This document shows positions 27,765 through 35,256 of a stretch of DNA of 64,000 bases, in pieces. Each line of letters begins with the position of its first letter. Within the stretch, counting starts at the first letter, position 1. Position numbers and translations under genes: made by a program. This stretch comes from an uncultured Candidatus Saccharibacteria bacterium. GTDB taxonomy: Bacteria > Patescibacteriota > Minisyncoccia > Phycocordibacterales > UBA3531. The DNA is taken from positions 20,917-84,916 of the forward strand of contig CAYIAA010000001.1 of assembly GCA_964361405.1 (NCBI GenBank), given 5' to 3'. Below the pieces are notes generated by a model. The model was not told where the DNA came from and did no database searches. It saw nothing but the letters and a program-made list of their open reading frames with translations.

Positions 27765-29999
27765 ATGGCAAAAATAATCGTTACACTTGGGCCATCGACC
27801 AATACTGAGAGCGACCTCCGGAAAATACAAAGTAAGGGCGTTAGTTTCGTGCGGGTTAATATGTCCCACTCGACAACTCTTGATCTTGAGCGTTTCATTC
27901 AAATGTCAAAGAAGGTAGGTATCCCTTTCATTGTTGATACCGAAGGGTCTCAAGTGAGAACGGGGGATCTAAAAGATCCTGAAGTTTCTTACGATGAAAA
28001 TGATGAAATTAAGATATATAACCGTCCGATCATCGGTGACCGAGAAATGATCTGTCTCAAGCCATACCACGTGGTAGAGCAACTTGAACCCGGAGATATT
28101 ATTCACGTTGATTTTAATAATTTAATACTGCGGATAACCGATATATACACACTATCCAAAGGTTACTCTATGGCGAGAGTGATAAGTAGTGGGGTTTTAG
28201 GAAGAAATAAAGCAGTTGTTATTGACTTCGGTGCAAAAAGAGAACTTAACCTTTCTCCATTGTCAGAAAAAGATCACGAGTCCATCGCGATCGGTCTCAG
28301 AGAAGGGGTCGGCCATATTGCTGCTTCATTTATGAGGTCAAAGGCATTTGTAGAAGAGGTGCGACGAGCTACAAAAGGTTCAATGAAAATTATTTCTAAG
28401 ATCGAATGCCTCGACGCTCTCGAGAACCTCGATGAAATAATTGAGGCATCAGATTATTTGTTGATTGACCGGGGGGATTTAAGTAAGGAAGTACCTATAG
28501 AAAAAATACCATTTCTTCAGAAAATCATTTTAAAAAAAGCAAAGGATCAAGGAAAAGGTGTATTTGTTGCAACAAACCTTTTGGAGACCATGGTTCGAGA
28601 GAGGAAACCCACACGTGCAGAGGTAAATGACGTTGCAAATACCATCCTCGATGGCGCATATGGTCTTGCACTCGCGGCCGAGACCGCCATCGGCAAATAC
28701 CCAATGGAGAGTATTGCTATGCTCAATAAATTGATTTCTGAGACAGAGGTATTCCTCAATACCAAGAAAAAAACCACAGGAGAGTCTAAAGAGATGGAGT
28801 ATTTGGAATACCTGTCGTCTGCCGCCATTTCTTCAGCTCTTATACCGCCGCACGGGGGAGTACTCGTTGACCGAGTTTTGAAAGAAATTCCTCCAAAGTC
28901 ATATCTCGATTCACTACGGAAGATCACGATTGACGAAAATCAACAAATGGACGTCGAGCAGATCGGCATTGGAACATTTAGTCCGATTGAAGGATTTATG
29001 GACAAAGATAACTTCAGAAGTGTTTTAGATCGGATGCGGCTGTCCAGCGGTGTTATTTGGACTATACCAATTCTTTTGGATATATCTCTTCCGGAAGCGG
29101 GGGCCATATCAATTGGTGACACCGTTATATTAGTGAATGAAAAAGGCGAAACCCTCTCACTGCTACATGTAAGCGATAAATATACATTCGATAAAGAAGA
29201 AATGGCACAGAAACTGTATGGAACTCGTAGTCCCGAACACCCAGGAGTACAAATGATATCCAAAATGAAACCAATATTACTCGGCGGAAAGATAGATTTA
29301 GTGAAGCGGCGAGGGTCGGACCATAAAGAATATGAATTAACACCTCGTCAGGTACGAAAGTTATTTGATGAGCGTGGCTGGAGAAAAGTAGTGGGATTCC
29401 ACACAAGAAATGTGATCCATCGAAGCCATGAATTTATTCAACTGAAGGCAATGGAGGGGGAATATGCCGATGGATTATTCATACATCCAATTATTGGTAA
29501 GAAAAAAAAGGGAGATTTTAAGGCACTGTATATCCTTAAAGCGTATGAGATGATGATGAAAGATTATTATCCCAAGAACAGCGTTGTCTTAAGCGCTTTT
29601 TCAACGTACTCGCGGTACGCAGGACCAAGGGAAGCAATTTTTACGGCACTTTGCAGAAAAAATTTCGGCTGTAGTCATTTTATTGTTGGACGAGATCACA
29701 CTGGGGTGGGTGATTTTTATCATCCAAATGCTTCTCATGATATTTTTGACCAATTTCCAGATTTGGGTATACAGCCAGTTAAATTTGATAAAGTATTTTA
29801 TTCAAACAGCCATAAAAAGCATCTCCACGAAAGAGATGTTCCTAGTCATCCAGAGAGCGATAAATTTCATATCAGTAGCACTGACGCGAGAAAAATGTTT
29901 GAAAAGGGAGAAAGTCCGCCTGAGTGGTCTATGAGACCGGAAATATCGAAAATGATTATCGATTCTTTATGTGCGGGGCATAAGGTATTTGTCGAATAG
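27765..29999 (+). CDS. sat: Fusion: pyruvate kinase A/B domains + sulfate adenylyltransferase (ATP sulfurylase)
   Basis: PK part: KIIVTLGPS, RVNMSH, ISKIE, RGDL, ATNLLETM, PTRAEVNDVAN, AETAIGKYP; Sat part: PPHGG, FSPIEGFM, HTRNVIHRSHE, YAGPREA, RKNFGCSHFIVGRDH. Confidence 0.92.
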   Translation: MAKIIVTLGPSTNTESDLRKIQSKGVSFVRVNMSHSTTLDLERFIQMSKKVGIPFIVDTEGSQVRTGDLKDPEVSYDENDEIKIYNRPIIGDREMICLKPYHVVEQLEPGDIIHVDFNNLILRITDIYTLSKGYSMARVISSGVLGRNKAVVIDFGAKRELNLSPLSEKDHESIAIGLREGVGHIAASFMRSKAFVEEVRRATKGSMKIISKIECLDALENLDEIIEASDYLLIDRGDLSKEVPIEKIPFLQKIILKKAKDQGKGVFVATNLLETMVRERKPTRAEVNDVANTILDGAYGLALAAETAIGKYPMESIAMLNKLISETEVFLNTKKKTTGESKEMEYLEYLSSAAISSALIPPHGGVLVDRVLKEIPPKSYLDSLRKITIDENQQMDVEQIGIGTFSPIEGFMDKDNFRSVLDRMRLSSGVIWTIPILLDISLPEAGAISIGDTVILVNEKGETLSLLHVSDKYTFDKEEMAQKLYGTRSPEHPGVQMISKMKPILLGGKIDLVKRRGSDHKEYELTPRQVRKLFDERGWRKVVGFHTRNVIHRSHEFIQLKAMEGEYADGLFIHPIIGKKKKGDFKALYILKAYEMMMKDYYPKNSVVLSAFSTYSRYAGPREAIFTALCRKNFGCSHFIVGRDHTGVGDFYHPNASHDIFDQFPDLGIQPVKFDKVFYSNSHKKHLHERDVPSHPESDKFHISSTDARKMFEKGESPPEWSMRPEISKMIIDSLCAGHKVFVE

Positions 30000-30013
30000 T
30001 CTCTGGCAACCTC

Positions 30014-30955
30014 ATGGAACTCCTTATTGTTACCTACCACTACGTTGACGACCCGAAGAAATTTAAGGCCGGGATTTATCCCATTTCTCCCGAAGCTTTT
30101 CAGGACCAGATGGAGGGACTTTCTCGAACTCACCAGTTCATTTCCGAGGGGGACTTGCTTGACGCAATTTCTGGAGTGCGACCATTTGCTAAGCCATCAT
30201 GCCTAGTGACTTTCGACGACGGTCTCGCTTCCCAAATGCACTTTGCGGTGCCTATTTTGGAGAAGCAAAAAATCCCTGCAGTTTTTTTTGTTACCACCCA
30301 ACCGTATACAAGCGGTAAGGCCGCTACGGTTCACAAGATCCACTACCTTCTCTCGCAGGTGCCAGCTGAAACCCTCAAAACTGAAGCTGAAGATAGTTAT
30401 AAAAAATTGACCGGTGAAATACTTAATTGGTTGGCAGAGCGCTTGAGAGAGGCGGAGGAGTGGTACATTTACGACGATTTAGTCACTGCTCGTCTCAAGT
30501 TCCTTTTGAACCATTATCTCGACTCCGAGAAGACGGATCATATAGTGGATGACCTTTTTGCTCGCCACTATAGAGATGGAGAAGCGGCATTTGCGAAAGA
30601 ACTCTATTTTTCCCAAAATGATCTCAAGATGATTAAAGACAATCCACTTTTTGCCGTCGGACTTCATACGCACACTCACCTCAACATACAGAAGGCATTA
30701 GAGTCTGCGGTTAAATCGGACATAACTGCAAACTATTCTTATCTCTCTGAACATTTGGGTATGACAATACGCGGCATTTCATACCCTTACGGCATGATTT
30801 CTGAGACTGAATACGAGAAAAAAGTGGTGACTATCGGAAAAGAATTGGGTCTTCTCTATGGCGTCACAACAGTAAAGGGCGTGAATACTGACCTTACAAG
30901 ACCGTTTTTCCTAAAGCGTTTGAATCCGAACGACCTGAAAGAAGAACTCGAGTGA
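30014..30955 (+). CDS. Polysaccharide deacetylase (CE4)
   Basis: YHYV, VTFDDG, GLHTHTH, SYPYG motifs. Confidence 0.9.
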   Translation: MELLIVTYHYVDDPKKFKAGIYPISPEAFQDQMEGLSRTHQFISEGDLLDAISGVRPFAKPSCLVTFDDGLASQMHFAVPILEKQKIPAVFFVTTQPYTSGKAATVHKIHYLLSQVPAETLKTEAEDSYKKLTGEILNWLAERLREAEEWYIYDDLVTARLKFLLNHYLDSEKTDHIVDDLFARHYRDGEAAFAKELYFSQNDLKMIKDNPLFAVGLHTHTHLNIQKALESAVKSDITANYSYLSEHLGMTIRGISYPYGMISETEYEKKVVTIGKELGLLYGVTTVKGVNTDLTRPFFLKRLNPNDLKEELE

Positions 30956-30973
30956 GATAAGGACGATGCTGTT

Positions 30974-31591
30974 TTAAAGTTTGCCAGAGAGTTTTTGCAA
31001 AAGTGTACTCTCGTCCGCTTGGGAAGAAACAACGAAGGTGCGATCCGCAAGTTGGGAAAAGAGCGGCAAGAATATTTTCTCATTTATTTCCATTGCCACT
31101 CCCCATGACGCTCTCTCCCTGCCGCTCGCGATTCCTTCTCGAGCACCATAACCACGCTCATCTGCGCGTTTTCCGCGGACCTCTTTCGGCGTGGCGAGGA
31201 GAATAAGCATTTCGACGCGGGGGATGAATTCTAGATAGCGTTCAAATATACGGGGTGGAACTGGTCGCTCAAAAATCGAGTAGAAGTTTTGGACATGGCC
31301 TTCGTCGATGATGGCGTTTTTGAGTTTTCTAGCCTTTTCATATTTGGCGGCATGGTGGAGAAAAGTATTCAAGACTTTTGTTCGGAACACCGGCCAGCTT
31401 CGCGACTCGGTCACAATGAGGGAAAGTGTTTTGATTGTGAAGAGCGGGTGTTTTGAGGCAAAGAGGGAAGCGAGAGTAAGAAGCTCACTTTTTCCGGTAA
31501 TCTTCACAATCGGGAAATCCAGACGCTCGGAGAGTATTTTTGCAAGAGATGTTTTCCCTGAAGCGGGAGGGCCGACGAGTTCTATAATCAC
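30974..31591 (-). CDS. P-loop kinase (NMP/thymidylate-kinase-like fold)
   Basis: N-terminal GPPASGKT Walker A, IIDEG, RADERG lid-like motif. Confidence 0.7.
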   Translation of the reverse strand: MIIELVGPPASGKTSLAKILSERLDFPIVKITGKSELLTLASLFASKHPLFTIKTLSLIVTESRSWPVFRTKVLNTFLHHAAKYEKARKLKNAIIDEGHVQNFYSIFERPVPPRIFERYLEFIPRVEMLILLATPKEVRGKRADERGYGAREGIASGRERASWGVAMEINEKIFLPLFSQLADRTFVVSSQADESTLLQKLSGKL

Positions 31592-32316
31592 GGCTTTGTG
31601 AATGTTACAGCGTAAGATTCTGAAAAAAAAGCACTCGCGGGATTGAGTTGGAAGGACGAAAATATCCGGTAAAGTAATCTATTGAGAGCCGGAATTGAGA
31701 TAACTGGGGTATGAAGAGTAACTGGCCACACCCCCTCTACAGAGAATCCCGCATCTCTTAGAAACCTAGTGAGCACTTTCGGTTTGATTTGACCTCGGTG
31801 GATGGGTGGAATAGTTTTTCTCGCGAGGGTACTCCGTCCATAATGAGACATCTTGGTGATGATGATACCCCGACCACCCGCTTTCATGAGTGAGAACACC
31901 TTCTTCGCGAAATCTTTTTTAGACGGAAGGTACTCGATTGCCCGGGATGAAAAGAAGAAATCGTATCTTTTGTTTGCCGCAAAAGACATAAAGTCCGAAT
32001 GAATATAGTGGATATTTTCGGCATTTCCCAATCCGGTTTTTGCCTGCCTCAACATGACCTCGGAGATGTCGACAAGATCAAATGAAGCGTTTGGAACGAA
32101 CGTGATGAACACTTTTGTCCATGTCCCCGGGCCGGAGCCTAGTTCGAGATAGTGCGAGAACTTTACATCCTTGGCGAGCTGCCGTATAGATTTCTCCGTC
32201 ATAAAATAATCTTGTTCGCGTTCGGCGGTGCTTTTCCACCGCGCCCTTTCATATTCGCCTCCAGCATTTTCCGCGAAGCGGTTGAAGGATTGTTCTATAT
32301 CAGTTTGTTGGAACAT
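31588..32316 (-). CDS. Class I SAM-dependent methyltransferase
   Basis: LELGSGPG, VDIS, YDFFFSSRAIEY; overlaps start of the kinase gene. Confidence 0.85.
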   Translation of the reverse strand: MFQQTDIEQSFNRFAENAGGEYERARWKSTAEREQDYFMTEKSIRQLAKDVKFSHYLELGSGPGTWTKVFITFVPNASFDLVDISEVMLRQAKTGLGNAENIHYIHSDFMSFAANKRYDFFFSSRAIEYLPSKKDFAKKVFSLMKAGGRGIIITKMSHYGRSTLARKTIPPIHRGQIKPKVLTRFLRDAGFSVEGVWPVTLHTPVISIPALNRLLYRIFSSFQLNPASAFFSESYAVTFTKP

Positions 32317-32370
32317 GGGAAAAATCTTCTTTATTATTGTAAATAAAGCATTTTCTGTTATAGTAGGTCA

Positions 32371-34641
32371 ATGCGTCCGGAACGGATACTTACGAACGTT
32401 CTCACTGGCGGAATTTTTTTGATTCCCTTTGTTCCGCTCCTTATTGCGAGTACTGATGCTTTTCCATACCTGATTGGGAATCTCTTTTTCCCCTACATCA
32501 CCGGAAAGAATATCGTTTTCCGGGTTCTCGTTGAAATACTCACGGCCGGCTGGCTTATTCTCGTCATCCTTGATAAGCGTTATCTACCAAAAAAGTCACT
32601 CATCGTCTATGCGGTGTCGGCTTTCCTTGTGGTTATGTCACTCGCCACAGCGCTTGGTGTGGATCCTTATCGGAGTTTCTGGTCGAGTTTTGAAAGGATG
32701 GAAGGACTTGTCACTTACATCCACCTCTACCTTTTCTTTATTCTCCTCGGCTCTTTTCTCCAGAGCGAAAAGCTTTGGCGGTGGTTTTTCCACACCTCGA
32801 TCGGGGTTTCCATCGTAATAAGTTTCATCGCTCTTTCACAACTTTTAGGTTATACCCCCATTGTGCAAAGCTCGGAGCGCCTTGAGGCTACATTCGGGAA
32901 CGCTACGTACTTGGCAGTCTACCTTCTCTTCCACATCTTCTTCGCCGCTTATTATCTATTTCAGACAAAGCATCGCGGCAAGTTAACCAAAATTATCTAC
33001 GCTGGAATCATTCTCTTTGAATCCACCATGCTTCTTTTTACCGAAACGAGAGGAGCTATTGTGGGACTCGTGGCGGGTGTTCTCGTTATCGCGGCACTGA
33101 ACGCGTATGCGAACCGCGGACGCGCGCGAAAAATTGCGGTGGGTGTTCTTGTCGGCGCTTTTTTATTGACTGCCCTTTTCGCGACACTCCGTGATACTGA
33201 ACTTGTGCAAAATCAGCGTGTTCTCCGGCGGATGGCAAATATTTCCATCTCCGAAGTTGCCACCTCTCGTTTTACTATCTGGAAAATGGCTTTGAGAGGA
33301 ACGGTAGAGCGGCCTATTCTTGGCTGGGGTCCGGAGAACTTTATGGCCGTATTCTCGAAGTATTACGATCCAAACCTCTATAACCAAGAACCGTGGTTTG
33401 ACCGGGCGCACAATGTATTTCTTGACTGGCTTGTGGGTGGCGGCATAGCGGGCCTCCTAGCCTACCTTTCTCTTTTTGCCGCATCGCTTTATTACCTTAT
33501 CAGTGGACAGCGAGAATCCGCTCCGAATGGAAGTTTCCGGAGGAAAATTTCAGCCCTTCTTTCAAAGTTTCTCGGGGATGAAGATATGATGGGGAGGACA
33601 ATTCTTGTTGGGCTTTTCGTCGCCTATTTCATCCAAAACTTTTTTGTTTTCGATAATATTGGAAGTTATATCCTTTTCTTCTCCGTGCTTGCCTACCTCA
33701 ATTATCATTATGGCGCGGAGTGGAAACTTTTCGATCGTGTGGCAACCGCGTATCAAAAAACAGTTCCCTTACTTGCAGGGATTATAATCATTGTCCCAAT
33801 CGTAGCTTTTGTTTTCTACACAGTGAACGTCAAGGCATTTCTTGCGTCGAGGACGCTTATTGCTGCTATGCAACCGCATGAAGGAAAAGGGGTGCTTTAT
33901 AATCTCGAACTCTTTGAAAAAGTTATTGAGTATGGAACACTCGGGACGCCCGAAGCTCGTGAGCAGTTTCTACAAATTGCGGCGACGATTGCCGGAGTAG
34001 AGGGCATCGGTCCCGAGGTGAAAGAACAATTTATACATACAGCGAAAGCGGAAATGGTAAAACAACTTGAGGAGCGTCCGTACGACAGCCGCTACCCGCT
34101 TTTTCTCGGTTCATTTCTCGCAAGCACGGGGAATGTTGACGAAGCATTAATTTATCTCAATAAAGCTCACGAACTCTCTCCGCGCAAGCAATTGGTATTT
34201 TTTGAGATTGCCTCGATATATGTTCGAAAAGGGAATTACCAAGAAGCGCTTCGATACGCAAAAGAGGCATATGATCTCGCACCAACTTTTCCCGAGGCGC
34301 AGAAATTTTATGCCCTCCTCGCAATTTATACCGGGAATATTTCACTTGCGGATGAAATTATTACGGATCGAAAGCTTTATACCGACCAGCGGTTTATAAA
34401 CGCTTTTCTTTCGCAAGGGAAAGCAGGCCGCGTAGTCGAAGTATGGAAAAGTGTTGTCGCCGAAAATCCGAACAATGCGCAGAATCACATATCGCTTGCT
34501 GCGGCATACCTCGCAAACGGCGAGCGATCGCAAGCCGTGAAAGAACTTGAAGCGGCAATTCTCCTTGAGAGTGCATTTCGAGAACAGGGTGAGTATTTGA
34601 TTGGTGAAATTAAAGCCGGCAGAAATCCTTCGTCTCCATAG
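32371..34641 (+). CDS. O-antigen ligase/oligosaccharyltransferase (Wzy_C) family protein with C-terminal TPRs
   Basis: Many TM helices, ATFGNATYL, TETRG, RPILGWGPENF, DRAHN motifs; C-terminal TPR-like helical repeats. Confidence 0.88.
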   Translation: MRPERILTNVLTGGIFLIPFVPLLIASTDAFPYLIGNLFFPYITGKNIVFRVLVEILTAGWLILVILDKRYLPKKSLIVYAVSAFLVVMSLATALGVDPYRSFWSSFERMEGLVTYIHLYLFFILLGSFLQSEKLWRWFFHTSIGVSIVISFIALSQLLGYTPIVQSSERLEATFGNATYLAVYLLFHIFFAAYYLFQTKHRGKLTKIIYAGIILFESTMLLFTETRGAIVGLVAGVLVIAALNAYANRGRARKIAVGVLVGAFLLTALFATLRDTELVQNQRVLRRMANISISEVATSRFTIWKMALRGTVERPILGWGPENFMAVFSKYYDPNLYNQEPWFDRAHNVFLDWLVGGGIAGLLAYLSLFAASLYYLISGQRESAPNGSFRRKISALLSKFLGDEDMMGRTILVGLFVAYFIQNFFVFDNIGSYILFFSVLAYLNYHYGAEWKLFDRVATAYQKTVPLLAGIIIIVPIVAFVFYTVNVKAFLASRTLIAAMQPHEGKGVLYNLELFEKVIEYGTLGTPEAREQFLQIAATIAGVEGIGPEVKEQFIHTAKAEMVKQLEERPYDSRYPLFLGSFLASTGNVDEALIYLNKAHELSPRKQLVFFEIASIYVRKGNYQEALRYAKEAYDLAPTFPEAQKFYALLAIYTGNISLADEIITDRKLYTDQRFINAFLSQGKAGRVVEVWKSVVAENPNNAQNHISLAAAYLANGERSQAVKELEAAILLESAFREQGEYLIGEIKAGRNPSSP

Positions 34642-34644
34642 AGG

Positions 34645-34672
34645 TTGACTTTTTGCTCAATTTTGCTATACT
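34645..34672 (+). promoter_or_regulatory. Sigma70 promoter driving a non-coding region
   Basis: TTGACT(34645)-16 bp-TATACT(34667) with extended -10 TG. Confidence 0.65.
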
Positions 34673-34676
34673 GCGC

Positions 34677-34874
34677 TTGTGAGTGTTTTTATCCGAAAGG
34701 ATAAAACTCTAACGAATGTCTGCGTAAAGTCCCGCTCTGCGGGACTTTACGTTTATATACTCGTTCGCGCATAATTGAGTAGCGTCAATCGACGCACCCA
34801 CTCATGGTCGGTGGAAGCACTCACAAAGGACATTTGTTTTGGAGTCAACACCACCGACCATGAGTGGGTTTTTG
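34677..34874 (+). ncRNA. Candidate structured ncRNA (unassigned family)
   Basis: Promoter upstream, several long complementary segments, perfect 19-bp inverted repeat plus T-tract at 3' end, no convincing ORF. Confidence 0.5.
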
Positions 34875-34920
34875 TATTTTAAATTTGTGAAAACATTTTT
34901 TACGCGGTGATAGGTGAAAG

Positions 34921-34929
34921 TTATCCACA
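34921..34929 (+). promoter_or_regulatory. DnaA-box consensus TTATCCACA
   Basis: Exact 9-mer match in intergenic DNA. Confidence 0.5.
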
Positions 34930-35082
34930 TTTTCATCTCATGTTGGTTGTTGTGAACACATATATGAACGATAATGGAAGTAATATTGGTAACAGTTCAT
35001 TGTGCGCCGCAAGAATTGCGCAGGGGGTCGATGACTGTTATGTGCATCTTTAGCAAGATTAATTCCAGGAAATAAAAAAACC

Positions 35083-35172
35083 ATGGCACAAAAAAGAAAG
35101 AAGGCAGTAGCAAAGAAAACTACAAAACGGAAAAAGACAACAAAGAAGACTTCAAAGCGACGGAGAAGGTAA
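35083..35172 (+). CDS. 29-aa Lys/Arg-rich basic peptide (absent from ORF track)
   Basis: MAQKRKKAVAKKTTKRKKTTKKTSKRRRR; AGGA plus A-rich upstream; own terminator downstream. Confidence 0.65.
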   Translation: MAQKRKKAVAKKTTKRKKTTKKTSKRRRR

Positions 35173-35191
35173 CCGTTCCACCTTTTCTATC

Positions 35192-35226
35192 AAAATAAGA
35201 GCGCCCCTGCGGCGCTCTTATTTTTA
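35192..35226 (+). terminator. Intrinsic (likely bidirectional) terminator
   Basis: AAAATAAGAGCGCC-loop-GGCGCTCTTATTTTT. Confidence 0.8.
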
Positions 35227-35256
35227 TGCTACAATTGCCACGCATCATCGAAAACC

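Noticed and set aside
34921-34929. Replication origin
   Set aside because: Single DnaA box with no cluster and no dnaA/dnaN nearby
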